From Eledone cirrhosa (taxonomy: Eukaryota), in contig OZ024743.1 in NCBI GenBank assembly GCA_964016885.1, positions 46,872,001-46,936,000 on the forward strand: a stretch of 64,000 nt of DNA. The letters are read 5' to 3'. Under the pieces are notes generated by a model. It was not told the origin of the DNA. It saw only the letters and a list, made by a program, of their open reading frames with translations, and ran no database searches. Of this stretch, positions 27,270-42,100 are shown one piece after another. The position numbers and the translations under genes were made by a program. Each line of letters opens with the position of its first letter. The stretch's first letter is position 1.

Positions 27270-28182
27270 ACTTCAAAACTCCAGAGCTGCAACCATTAAT
27301 GTAGGCACAATGAGAGGAAGATCAGGAGAGATTGTAGAGATGTTAGAGCAGAAGAGAGTAGATGTGTGTTGTGTAGCAGAGACTAGGTGGGGAAGAAAAC
27401 CAGCTAGACTCTGATGCTGAGTAGGAATTGATTACGGGCAAAGTGGAGGAGGTATTTTGTTAGCAGAAAAATAACAGAATCATCAAACTAAGGATAGTCC
27501 TAGATAGAGTAACTGTGACAATTATATCAGCATATGCACTGTATTCAGGACTACCAGATAGACTAAAAGATGATTTTTATGAATCCCTAATGTAGATCAC
27601 TTCTCTAGTGAGTGACGAGGACTTATTAATCATAGCAGGAGATTTTAATGGGCAACACGGTGATGACTTCTATGGGATACATGCTGGGTAAGGGGTTGGT
27701 GCCAAAAATGAGGAAGGATGCAGGGCTCCTGGAATTCTGCCACAATAATGAACTGACGATCTATAACACTAACTTTAAAAAATCTGACAACCACTTGATC
27801 ACCTAGAGTTCAGGCAAGCATACCAGCCAAATAGATTTCATCCTCACCAGAAAGCGAGATAGAGCAATGATCCACCTCTCAGCTGATAAGTGGTACACTC
27901 GAGATCTACCTCTCCAATCCCCATGCACCTCCCCCACCCCAGCTCCCAGTCCACACTGTAAAGTGGTCGTGTAGGTATCACAACACAGAGCACCCAGTCC
28001 ACTCTGTAAATGTGGTTGCCGTTAGGAAGGACATCCAGCCGCAAAAACCAAACCGAAATCAGTTCAGTATGAGCAAAACACGATCATTTGAACTGGTTTA
28101 GTTAATGATGGGACAACTTGTCTAATCCATGCTAACATGGAGAAATGGATGTTAGACGGTGATGATGATGATGATGATGATG
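27270..28182 (+). mobile_element. RTE AP-endonuclease region abutting an RTE-type 3' UTR and (GAT)n tail
   Basis: RAATINVGTMRGRSGEIVEMLEQKRVDVCCVAETRW, IIAGDFNG and SQIDFILTRK; from ~27870 the sequence is 3' UTR-like. Confidence 0.8.
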
Positions 28183-28186
28183 TATG

Positions 28187-28222
<36 letters not shown>

Positions 28223-28223
<1 letters not shown>

Positions 28224-28320
28224 GGGGTGTCCCCCACCAAAATATATATACACACTTCAACAGCATTCTAATAAAGATTGCATGTAATCAAAGTGTGTAT
28301 ACATTTTTTGGGACACCCTG
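28223..28320. mobile_element. Tc1/mariner-type mini-MITE in (TA)n
   Basis: TIRs GGGGTGTCCC..AAAATATATATACACAC / GTGTGTATACATTTTTTGGGACACCCTG. Confidence 0.7.
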
Positions 28321-28325
28321 TGTAT

Positions 28326-28388
<63 letters not shown>

Positions 28389-28434
28389 TCATCATCATCA
28401 TTTCAATTTACGTCCGCTTTTCTCTGCTTGCAAG

Positions 28435-28499
<65 letters not shown>

Positions 28500-28783
28500 C
28501 TATCTATCTATCTGTGTGTATATATATATATATATATACACACAACACATATATACAAAAATACCTATAGTTTGATATTGACTGGAATCCCCTTGGGGTA
28601 TACCAACTGCAAAGGCTAGAGATGAAACATGAAGGTAGATATTAACAGATAAAGGAATAAAATTACTGAATCAATGAAACAGAGATTAATACAAATATGT
28701 CCTACAGAAGATAATCTGTAGAATGATGCAATGAATTAGATAAAATGTATCAATATTTTAGGTAAAATTTAAAAGTATTTAGA

Positions 28784-29451
28784 ATCATCATCATCATCAT
28801 CATCATCGTTTAACGTCCATATTCCACGCTTGCATGGGTTTGGACGGGAGATCTACCACTTGAGGCAAGAGTGGTTGTCTTGCTCGCATAGGACTGTCTG
28901 GCAGGTTTTCTATGGCTGGATGCCCTTCCTAACACCAACCACATTTACAGTGTGGAACTGGGAGGTTTTTACCGTGTTACCTACACGCCCACATTACAGC
29001 GTGGACTGTGTTTTTTTTTTGTCGTGACACCTACACGACCTCATTTGTTTCGGGCTGGGTGTTGTGGTATCAACATAACTTTACATTGAAAGGGGTGGTG
29101 TGGATGGGGTGGGGGTAATGGGACGGGGGTGTATTTTTGTTAGAGATGCCTACTGACTGTGGTAGGTTTCACTTTGTACTAAGGTAAGGCGGGTCTTCTC
29201 TATTACTGTGTAGTGCCAAAGATCTCGGTCCAGTGACATTGTCTTGGAGAGGTGTAAGTGTGTAAGGTCAGAATTTATCAAGTCGTCCCAGGTTTTTCTG
29301 GGTCCGTGGCTACCGTCTATTTTTATTGCCCTGCACTTTTTTATACAGCTGTCGTCTTTCATGCGCATCACGTGACCATACCAACGTAGTATTCTCTCGA
29401 GTAAACAACATCTGATCCCTCTTATTTCTAATTTTTACCTCAGTTCGTTTA
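28784..29451 (-). mobile_element. 5'-truncated RTE LINE, same family as 18286-19843
   Basis: Reverse complement of ~19167-19843; ORF 29150..29371 matches the RT C-terminus. Confidence 0.93.
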
Positions 29452-29659
29452 GAATATTATACAATATTGCAAAGTACAGTTCATTCACCAGCTTTTAGTC
29501 CTGCAAATATATTAATTTGGTTTGATTTCTAAATAACACCTTATCCATTTGTCATTTAAATAACACACCTTGTCTGTCTATCTTCTAAATAACATGCTGT
29601 TTCTGGCATTTTATCTTCTAGATAATACTGTCTGTCTGTCTATCTATATGTCAATATTC

Positions 29660-30850
29660 AAGCGTCCGTCACTTACTACCGCCTGACTGTCGTGCCTTGC
29701 CCTAAGGAAACACTCACCACCATGGAACGCATGCTCTTCCAATTTCTTTGGAAGAAGCGCCCTCCTATGGTGAGAAGATCCATCTGCTGCCAACAACCTT
29801 CGAAAGGAGGGCTGGGGATGCCGTGGTTGATGATGCGTAGGCACGCATTAAGGCTACGGCACCTACAGGTATTCCTCACTGGTCAACCGGTGTGGGCTCC
29901 GTTCGTGAAATGAGCCTTTCCGAGACTCGTCTCGCTCACCGAGCTGCAGTCCTGGGTCAAGCAAAGATCCGGAAAACTGGGAGACTGGCACACTGAGTGT
30001 GCTCAGGCGCTCAGGGCTCTCTGGCAAGCGGGCCAGGCCATCGGTGGAGAATCCACCTCATCATTCTATAGAGGGCTGGTGGCTAGCAGGGGCGATGACA
30101 CCCTTGGAGAGTCGCTGGACATGGAAGAGGACGAACTGGCCAGCCTGTTCGGTAGGACTTTCGGCCCGGGACCAATGGACAACTTCCAGAGGTCACTAGC
30201 CTGGCAGTGCTACCGGGGGGCTCTACCCGTTCGAGAGAGGCTCTACAGACACGGGCGCCCGGGCAGGGTCCCTCAAAAAAGATTTGCCCTAGATGCGTGC
30301 GTCACGAAGAAACCGTTGCGCACGCATTGGTGCAATGTCCGAGCGTGGCTGATCTGTGGGGCTACGCCGAACGACTGCTGTCGCGGGTGGCGCCGATTCA
30401 ATTGACCGCCGAGTCCGTGATAACAATCAAACCGCCTCCCCTCTTCACAAAGGAAGCAAAGGCGGTTTTTCTGTGCGTAATAGCCATGTTGAAAGAGGTT
30501 GTTTGGTGGACACGATTGAAAGGTCTGAGGTCAGGCAACTTCCTCTCTGGCCATAGTCTGGTCTACTTCTTCCGATATCACTTCGGAAGAAGGATAAGAA
30601 TGGAGAGAGAGGTGCTTGGCCACAGGCAGTTTTATGAAAGGTGGGTGACAGTGGCGAGAATGGCTCGTGTAAATGGGCCTTCTCTGTATACCATCCTGTA
30701 GGTAAAGAAGTGAAGGAGAGGGGAGCACCTTCTCCATGTGCTCCCCGGGCAAAGGATTACGCACTTTTTCGGGGGTGTGCAGGTCTACCATCAGACAAGA
30801 TTGAGTCTTCCTTGGACTAACATTGTATCACCTGCCTTCGTGCCACCTTG
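29660..30850 (+). mobile_element. L1/Tx1-clade LINE 3' fragment
   Basis: LFQFLWK...PSKGGLGMP, WQCYRGALPVRERL and CCHC knuckle CPRC..HEETVAHALVQC; one stop (29911) and one frameshift (~30270). Confidence 0.85.
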
Positions 30851-31460
30851 CAACCAGAGAGCAGGGCGTGGCTCAATTCGGTGTTCTCCTCATCAACCCT
30901 TCAGCCCCCATGTGTATGAGCCACACAAATGCTGTTTTGGAGTTGTTGTTGACGATCTACACTGGCTATCATGCCACCATAGCACATGCTGGTACCCCTG
31001 ACACACTGCTCTGAACAACATCATCAGAAGGAGCCTTGACACAGCTGGCTTCCCATCGCAACTGGAGCCAGCTGGCCTTGACAGTGATGATGGTAAGCAC
31101 CCTGGTGGAATAACCCTCTTCCTATTCGAGGGAGGTAAATCCCTAATCTAGGATGAGATGTGTTGCAACTTGTTCCCTGCCGTCAGCTGCAAACCCAGCC
31201 ACTGTTGCCTGCAATTCAGAGGCGAGGAAAATAATTAAATACCAGTGCTTGGTTAACCACTTTCTTTCCATACTGGTCGCTGTTAAGACCTCAGGTGTTC
31301 TTGGTCCCTACACTGCTGATTTCTTCTATAAAATCCTAAAGCCAGCAGCCCACCTGAGGAAGGACCCCTGTGAGGTGGGATGGCTGTTGCAGCAGATGTT
31401 GTTGGCCAGTCTCTGTGGCAATGCCATTGCTATTTTGTCTGCTCAGATTGGGATGTAGAG
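30851..31460 (+). mobile_element. CRE-clade non-LTR retrotransposon C-terminal (restriction-like endonuclease) remnant
   Basis: HWLSC...[49 protein letters not shown] and LLQQMLLASLCGNAIAIL match the CRE pattern LEP.GL...DGKRPDG / QRGNA. Confidence 0.75.
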
Positions 31461-31538
31461 TCTGTTTTTCCCTCCCCACTCTCTTTTTTTTGTTGCTTAG
31501 TTCTTTTTCTTCTTTTCCATTCTTTTTTGTTTCTTTAA

Positions 31539-32376
31539 CCCTTTAGCATTTAAACCGGCCATATCCGACCAGGACTCTCTTGCCACTTTCTGCTCAAACC
31601 AGCTGTAACTGGCCACTCATACTGATGTTAAGGTATTGTTCTGAAAATATATATCAAAATCTCATAGATTCGATATTATGTGAGATATTATGTGAGGTAA
31701 AGCCTTTACCATGAAAATATAATAGTAAATATAGAGTAATGTAAATGTTATGTGAGGTAAAGCCTTTACCATGAAAATATAATAGTAAATATAGAGTAAT
31801 GTAAATGTGAGATATTATGTGAGGTAAAGCCTTTACCATGAAAATATAATAGTAAATATAGAGTAATGTAAATGTTATGTGAGGTAAAGCCTTTACCATG
31901 AAAATATAATAGTAAATATAGAGTAATGTAAATGTGAGATATTATGTGAGGTAAAGCCTTTACCATGAAAATATAATAGTAAATATAGAGTAATGTAAAT
32001 GTTATGTGAGGTAAAGCCTTTACCATGAAAATATAATAGTAAATATAGAGTAATGTAAATGTGAGATATTATGTGAGGTAAAGCCTTTACCATGAAAATA
32101 TAATAGTAAATATAGAGTAATGTAAATGTTATGTGAGGTAAAGCCTTTACCATGAAAATATAATAGTAAATATAGAGTAATGTAAATGTTATGTGAGGTA
32201 AAGCCTTTACCATGAAAATATAATAGTAAATATAGAGTAATGTAAATGTTATGTGAGGTAAAGCCTTTACCATGAAAATATAATAGTAAATATAGAGTAA
32301 TGTAAATGTTATGTGAGGTAAAGCCTTTAACATGAAATTATAATAGTAAATATAGAGTAATGTAAATGCTAAAGGG
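31539..32376 (+). mobile_element. piggyBac-type MITE with internal tandem expansion
   Basis: TTAA|CCCTTTAGCATTTA ... AAATGCTAAAGGG|TTAT; same family as 12644. Confidence 0.88.
31687..32368. repeat. MITE-derived 60/67-bp tandem array, 11 units
   Basis: TGTGAGGTAAAGCC recurs at spacings 60,67,60,67,60,67,60,60,60,60. Confidence 0.95.
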
Positions 32377-32846
32377 TTATTGCCATGTGTATTGTACAGT
32401 TCCCTCAGTGAACGTTGAAATTTCAACAAGTTTCCAAAGCGGGATGCAAAAAATATTATTTTATTCCAGACTTTGGCTGGAATATGAAGTATATAAATAA
32501 TTGCAATAACATAAACAGAATTTTTTTTTTAATATATCTATGGATGTATCACCAGTGTTGTATCCTGAAGTATTCTGAAGTAACTGGGTATTTCAGGTAT
32601 TACAACATACACCCACATCTACATGACTTGACCGGGGTTTATCAAACCTCAGCCTGTATCTGAAATTCTACTGACGCCACCAGTCACTTCTTATCAGCCA
32701 GAGACATCTAGATGTCCTCTTTTCTGCTTTCACATTGTTTTTGAAGGCTGTTGCACAGGGTTCCATAGAGCTTATTAACAGAACAACCTGTACACCCTCA
32801 ACTATAATAAAACAACAGGTGAAATTGGAAAAAAAGATGATGTTTA

Positions 32847-33068
32847 TCCTTTCAGCATTTACATTAGTCTATATATACTATTGTATTTTTGTGGTAAAGG
32901 CTTTATCTTACATAAATATCTCACATGATATCGAATCTACAATATTTTTATATTATTTATTTTCAGAACAATACCTTAACGACAGTATGAGTGGCCAGTT
33001 ATGCCCAGTTTGAACAAAAAGAGGTGAAAGAATTATGGCCAGATATGACCGGTTTAAATGCTAAAGGG
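32847..33068 (-). mobile_element. piggyBac-type MITE
   Basis: Reverse-orientation family copy ending TAAATGCTAAAGGG. Confidence 0.82.
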
Positions 33069-33115
33069 TTATACTTATCCTAATAATATATGTACAAGTA
33101 TAAGATGTTAAGCTA

Positions 33116-36100
33116 TCACAACTACACCCTCACAACTACACCCTCACAACTACACCTTCCCAACTACACCTTCCCAACTACACCCTCACAACTACATCCT
33201 CACAACTACACCTTCCCAACTACACCCTCACAACTACATCCTCACAACTACACCCTCACAACTACACCTTCCCAACTACACCTTCCCAACTACACCCTCA
33301 CAACTACACCCTCACAATTACACCTTCCCAACTACACCCTCACAACTACATCCTCACAACTACACCCTCACAACTACACCTTCCCAACTACACCTTCCCA
33401 ACTACACCCTCACAACTACACCCTCACAACTACACCCTCCCAACTACACCCTCAAAACTACATCCTCACAACTACATCCTCACAACTACACCTTCCCAAC
33501 TACACCTTCCCAAATACACCCTCACAACTACACCCTCACAACTACACCTTCCCAACAACACCCTCACAACTACATCCTCACAACTACACCCTCCCAACTA
33601 CACCCTCCCAACTACACCCTCCCAACTACACCCTCCCAACTACACCCTCACAACTACACCCTCCCAACTACAGCCTCACAACTACATCCTCCCAACTACA
33701 CCCTCCCAACTACACCCTCCCAACTACACCCTCCCAAATACATCCTCCCAACTACATCCTCACAACTACACCCTCCCAACTACACCTTCCCAACTACACC
33801 CTCCCAACTACATCCTCACAACTACACCCTCACAACTACATCCTCCCAACTACACCCTCACAACTACACCCTCCCAACTACATCCTCACAACTACACCCT
33901 CCCAACTACACCCTCACAACTACACCCTCCCAACTACACCCTCCCAACTACACCCTCCCAACTACACCTTCCCAACTACACCCTCCCAACTACATCCTCA
34001 CAACTACACCCTCACAACTACACCCTCCCAACTACATCCTCACAACTACACCCTCACAACTACACCCTCCCAACTACACCCTCCCAACTACACCCTCCCA
34101 ACTACACCCTCACAACTACACCCTCCCAACTACACCCTCACAACTACACCCTCACAACTACACCCTCCCAACTACACCTTCCCAACTACACCCTCCCAAC
34201 TACATCCTCACAACTACACCCTCACAACTACATCCTCCCAACTACACCCTCACAACTACACCCTCCCAACTACATCCTCACAACTACACCCTCCCAACTA
34301 CATCCTCACAACTACACCCTCACAACTACACCCTCACAACTACACCCTCCCAACTACACCCTCCCAACTACACCATCACAACTACACCCTCCCAACTACA
34401 TCCTCACAACTACACCCTCACAACTACACCCTCCCAACTACACCCTCCCAAATACACCCTCCCAACTACACCTTCACAACTACACCCTCCCAACTACACC
34501 CTAACAACCACACCCTCACAAGTACACCCTCACAAATACACCCTCCCAACTACACCCTCACAACTACACCCTCACAACTACACCGTCACAACTACACCCT
34601 CACAACTACACCCTCCCAACTACACCCTCACAACTACACCCTCACAACTACACCCTCACAACTACATCCTCCCAACTACACCCTCAAAACTACACCCTCC
34701 CAACTACACCCTCACAACTACACCCTCACAACTACACCCTCACAAATACACCCTCACAACTACACCCTCACAACTACACCCTCACAACTACACCCTCACA
34801 ACTACACCCTCCCAACTACACCCTCACAACTACACCCTCACAACTACACCGTCACAACTACACCCTCACAACTACACCCTCCCAACTACACCCTCACAAC
34901 TACACCCTCACAACTACACCCTCACAACTACATCCTCCCAACTACACCCTCAAAACTACACCCTCCCAACTACACCCTCACAACTACACCCTCACAACTA
35001 CACCCTCACAAATACATCCTCCCAACTACACCCTCCCAACAACACCCTCCCAACTACACCCTCCCAACTACACCCTCCCAACTACACCCTCCCAACTACA
35101 CCCTCCCAACTACATCCTCACAACTACACCCCCACAAGTACACCCTCCCAACTACACCCTCCCAACTACACCCTCCCAACTACACCCTCCCAACTACACC
35201 CTCCCAACTACACCCTCACAACTACACCCTCCCAACTACACCCTCACAACTACACCCTCCCCACTACACCCTCCCAACTACACCTTCCCAACTACACCCT
35301 CCCAACTACACCCTCCCAACTACACCCTCCCAACTACATCCTCCCAACTACACCCTCACAACTACACCCTCCCAACTACACCCTCACAACTACACCCTCA
35401 CAACTACACCTTCCCAACTACACCTTCCCAACTACACCCTCACAACTACACCCTCACAATTACACCTTCCCAACTACACCCTCACAACTACATCCTCACA
35501 ACTACACCCTCACAACTACACCTTCCCAACTACACCTTCCCAACTACACCCTCACAACTACACCCTCACAACTACACCTTCCCAAATACACCCTCAAAAC
35601 TACATCCTCACAACTACATCCTCACAACTACACCTTCCCAACTACACCTTCCCAACTACACCCTCACAACTACACCCTCACAACTACACCTTCCCAACAA
35701 CACCCTCACAACTACATCCTCACAACTACACCCTCCCAACTACACCCTCCCAACTACACCCTCCCAACTACACCCTCCCAACTACACCCTCACAACTACA
35801 CCCTCCCAACTACAGCCTCACAACTACATCCTCCCAACTACACCCTCCCAACTACACCCTCCCAACTACACCCTCCCAAATACATCCTCCCAACTACATC
35901 CTCACAACTACACCCTCCCAACTACACCTTCCCAACTACACCCTCCCAACTACATCCTCACAACTACACCCTCACAACTACACCCTCCCCACTACACCCT
36001 CCCAACTACACCTTCCCAACTACACCCTCCCAACTACACCCTCACAACTACACCCTCCCAACTACATCCTCCCAACTACACCTTCCCAACTACACCCTCA

Positions 36101-39100
36101 CAACTACATCCTCACAACTACACCCTCACAACTACACCTTCCCAACTACACCTTCCCAACTACACCCTCACAACTACACCCTCACAATTACACCTTCCCA
36201 ACTACACCCTCACAACTACATCCTCACAACTACACCCTCACAACTACACCTTCCCAACTACACCTTCCCAACTACACCCTCACAACTACACCCTCACAAC
36301 TACACCTTCCCAAATACACCCTCAAAACTACATCCTCACAACTACATCCTCACAACTACACCTTCCCAACTACACCTTCCCAACTACACCCTCACAACTA
36401 CACCCTCACAACTACACCTTCCCAACAACACCCTCACAACTACATCCTCACAACTACACCCTCCCAACTACACCCTCCCAACTACACCCTCCCAACTACA
36501 CCCTCCCAACTACACCCTCACAACTACACCCTCCCAACTACAGCCTCACAACTACATCCTCCCAACTACACCCTCCCAACTACACCCTCCCAACTACACC
36601 CTCCCAAATACATCCTCCCAACTACATCCTCACAACTACACCCTCCCAACTACACCTTCCCAACTACACCCTCCCAACTACATCCTCACAACTACACCCT
36701 CACAACTACATCCTCCCAACTACACCCTCACAACTACACCCTCCCAACTACATCCTCACAACTACACCCTCCCAACTACACCCTCACAACTACACCCTCC
36801 CAACTACACCCTCCCAACTACACCCTCCCAACTACACCTTCCCAACTACACCCTCCCAACTACATCCTCACAACTACACCCTCACAACTACACCCTCCCA
36901 ACTACATCCTCACAACTACACCCTCACAACTACACCCTCCCAACTACACCCTCCCAACTACACCCTCCCAACTACACCCTCACAACTACACCCTCCCAAC
37001 TACACCCTCACAACTACACCCTCACAACTACACCCTCCCAACTACACCTTCCCAACTACACCCTCCCAACTACACCATCACAACTACACCCTCCCAACTA
37101 CATCCTCACAACTACACCCTCACAACTACATCCTCCCAACTACACCCTCACAACTACACCCTCCCAACTACATCCTCACAACTACACCCTCCCAACTACA
37201 TCCTCACAACTACACCCTCACAACTACACCCTCACAACTACACCCTCCCAACTACACCCTCCCAACTACACCATCACAACTACACCCTCCCAACTACATC
37301 CTCACAACTACACCCTCACAACTACACCCTCCCAACTACACCCTCCCAAATACACCCTCCCAACTACACCTTCACAACTACACCCTCCCAACTACACCCT
37401 AACAACCACACCCTCACAAGTACACCCTCACAAATACACCCTCCCAACTACACCCTCACAACTACACCCTCACAACTACACCGTCACAACTACACCCTCA
37501 CAACTACACCCTCCCAACTACACCCTCACAACTACACCCTCACAACTACACCCTCACAACTACATCCTCCCAACTACACCCTCAAAACTACACCCTCCCA
37601 ACTACACCCTCACAACTACACCCTCACAACTACACCCTCACAAATACACCCTCACAACTACACCCTCACAACTACACCCTCACAACTACACCCTCACAAC
37701 TACACCCTCCCAACTACACCCTCACAACTACACCCTCACAACTACACCGTCACAACTACACCCTCACAACTACACCCTCCCAACTACACCCTCACAACTA
37801 CACCCTCACAACTACACCCTCACAACTACATCCTCCCAACTACACCCTCAAAACTACACCCTCCCAACTACACCCTCACAACTACACCCTCACAACTACA
37901 CCCTCACAAATACATCCTCCCAACTACACCCTCCCAACAACACCCTCCCAACTACACCCTCCCAACTACACCCTCCCAACTACACCCTCCCAACTACACC
38001 CTCCCAACTACATCCTCACAACTACACCCTCACAAGTACACCCTCCCAACTACACCCTCCCAACTACACCCTCCCAACTACACCCTCCCAACTACACCCT
38101 CCCAACTACACCCTCACAACTACACCCTCCCAACTACACCTTCACAACTACACCCTCCCAACTACACCCTCACAACTACACCCTCCCCACTACACCCTCC
38201 CAACTACACCTTCCCAACTACACCCTCCCAACTACACCCTCCCAACTACACCCTCCCAACTACATCCTCCCAACTACACCCTCACAACTACACCCTCCCA
38301 ACTACACCCTCACAACTACACCTCCCAACTACACCCTCACAACTACACCCTCACAACTACACCCTCACACCTACACCCTCCCAACTACATCCTCACAACT
38401 ACACCCTCACAACTACACCCTCCCAACTACACCCTCCCAACTACACCCTCACAACTACACCCTCCCAACTACACCCTCCCAACTACACCCTCCCAACTAC
38501 ACCTTCACAACTACATCCTCACAACTACACCCTCCCAACTACACCCTCCCAACTACACCCTCACAACTACACCCTCCCAACTACACCCTCACAACTACAC
38601 CCTCACAACTACACCCTCCCAACTACACCTTCCCAACTACACCCTCCCAACTACATCCTCACAACTACACCCTCACAACTACATCCTCCCAACTACACCC
38701 TCACAACTACACCCTCCCAACTACATCCTCACAACTACACCCTCCCAACTACATCCTCACAACTACACCCTCACAACTACACCCTCACAACTACACCCTC
38801 CCAACTACACCCTCCCAACTACACCCTCCCAACTACACCCTCCCAACTACATCCTCACAACTACACCCTCACAACTACACCCTCCCAACAACACCCTCCC
38901 AACTACACCCTCCCAACTAGACCTTCACAACTACACCCTCCCAACTACACCCTCACAACTACACCCTCCCAACTACACCCTCACAACTACACCCTCACAA
39001 CTACACCCTCACAAGTACACCCTCCCAACTACACCCTCACAAGTTCACCCTCACAAATACACCCTCCCAACTACACCCTCACAACTACACCCTCACAACT

Positions 39101-42100
39101 ACACCCTCACAACTACACCCTCCCAACTACATCCTCACAACTACACCCTCACAACTACACCCTCCCAACTACACCCTCCCAACTACACCTTCACAACTAC
39201 ACCCTCCCAACTACACCTTCACAACTACACCCTCCCAACTACACCCTCACAACTACACCCTCCCAACTACACCCTCACAACTACACCCTCCCAACTACAC
39301 CCTCACAAGTTCACCCTCACAAATACACCCTCCCAACTACACCCTCACAACTACACCCTCACAACTACACCCTCACAACTACACCCTCACAACTACACCC
39401 TCACAAATACATCCTCCCAACTACACCCTCACAACTACACCCTCACAAGTACACGCTCACAAATACACCCTCCCAACTACACCATCACAACTACACCCTC
39501 CCAACTACATCCTCACAACTACACCCTCACAACTACACCCTCCCAACTACACCCTCCCAACTACACCTTCACAACTACACCCTCCCAACTACACCTTCAC
39601 AACTACACCCTCCCAACTACACCCTCACAACTACACCCTCCCAACTACACCCTCACAACTACACCCTCACAACTACACCCTCACAAGTACACCCTCCCAA
39701 CTACACCCTCACAAGTACACCCTCACAAATACACCCTCCCAACTACACCCTCACAACTACACACTCACAACTACACCCTCACAACTACACCCTCACAACT
39801 ACACCCTCCCAACTACACCCTCACAACTACACCCTCACAACTACACCCTCACAAATACATCCTCCCAACTACACCCTCACAACTACACCCTCACAAGTAC
39901 ACCCTCACAAATACACCCTCCCAACTACACCCTCCCAACTACACCCTCCAAACTACATCCTCACAACTACACCCTCACAAGTACACCCTCCCAACTACAC
40001 CCTCCCAACTACACCATCCCAACTACACCCTCCCAACTACACCCTCACAACTACACCCTCACAACTACACCCTCACAACTACACCCTCCCAACAACACCT
40101 TCCCAACTACACCTTCCCTACTACACCCTCACAACTACACCCTCCCAACTACACCCTCCCAACTACATCCTCCCAACTACACCCTCCCAACTACACCTTC
40201 CCAACTACACCCTCCCTACTACACCCTCCCAACTACACCCTCCCAACTACACCTTCACAACTACACCCTCCCAACTACACCCTCACAACTACACCCTCCC
40301 AACTACACCCTCACAACTACACCCTCACAACTACACCCTCACAAGTACACCCTCCCAACTACACCCTCCCAACTACACCCTCACAAATACACCCTCCCAA
40401 CTACACCCTCACAACTACACCCTCACAACTACACCCTCACAACTACACCCTCACAACTACACCCTCCCCACTACACCCTCCCAACTACACCCTCACAACT
40501 ACACCCACCCAACTACACCCTCACAACTACACCCTCCCAACTACACCCTCCCAACTACACCCTCCCAACTACACCCTCCCAACTACACCCTCCCAACTAC
40601 ACCCTCCCAACTACACCCTCACAACTACACCCTCCCCACTACACCCTCCCAACTACACCCTCCCAACTACACCCTCACAACTACACCCTCACAACTACAC
40701 CCTCACAACTACACCCTCCCAACTACACCCTCCCAACTACACCCTCCCAACTACACCCTCACAACTACACCCTCCCAACTACACCCTCACAACTACACCC
40801 TCCCAACTACACCCTCACAACTACACCCTCCCAACTACACCTTCCCAACTACACCCTCCCAACTACACCCTCACAACTACACCCTCACAACTACACCCTC
40901 CCTACTACACCCTCACAACTACACCCTCCCAACTACATCCTCACAACTACACCCTCACAACTACACCCTCCCAACTACACCCTCCCAACTACACCCTCCC
41001 AACTACACCCTCACAACTACACCCTCCCAACTACACCCTCCCAACTACACCCTCCCAACTACACCCTCCCAACTACATCCTCACAACTACACCCTCCCAA
41101 CTAGACCCTCACAACTACACCCTCCCCACTACACCCTCCCAACTACACCCTCACAACTACACCCACCCAACTACACCCTCACAACTACACCCTCCCAACT
41201 ACACCCTCCCAACTACACCCTCCGAACTACACCCTCCCAACTACACCCTCCCAACTACACACTCACAACTTCACCCTCCCCACTACACCCTCCCCACTAC
41301 ACCCTCCCAACTACACCCTCACAACTACACCCTCCCCACTACACCCTCCCAACTACACCCTCCCAACTACACCCTCACAACTAACCCTCACAACTACACC
41401 CTCACAACTACACCCTCACAACTACACCCTCCCAACTACACCCTCCCAACTACACCCTCCCAACTACACCCTCCCAACTACACCCTCCCAACTACACCCT
41501 CACAACTACACCCTCACAACTACAACCTCCCAACTACACACTCCCAACTACACCCTCACAACTACACCCTCACAACTACACCCTCACAACTACACCCTCC
41601 CAACTACATCCTCACAACTACACCCTCACAACTACACCCTCCCAACTACACCCTCCCAACTACACCCTCCCAACTACACCCTCCCAACTACACCCTCACA
41701 ACTACACCCTCGCAACTACACCCTCCCAACTACACCCTCCCAACTACACCCTCCCAACTACATCCTCACAACTACACCCTCCCAACTAGACCCTCACAAC
41801 TACACCCTCCCAACTACACCCTCACAACTACACCCTCACAACTACACCCTCCCAACTACAGCCTCCCAACTACACCCTCCCAACTACATCCTCGCAACTA
41901 CACCCTCCCAACTACATCCACACAACTACACCCTCCCAACTACACCCTCACAACGACACCCTCCCAACTACACCCTCCCAACTACCCCCCCCCCCCCAAC
42001 TACACCCTCCCAACTACACCTTCACAACTACACCCTCACAACCACACCCTCCCAACTACACCCTCCCTACTACACCTTCACAACTACACCCTCCCAACTA

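Noticed and set aside
33090-41384. 2764-aa ORF resembling a mucin or repeat protein
   Set aside because: It is the translation of a 14-bp satellite that rarely forms + strand stops. The unit is not a multiple of 3, a 1-bp slip near 38320 leaves the peptide pattern unchanged, and there is no unique domain.
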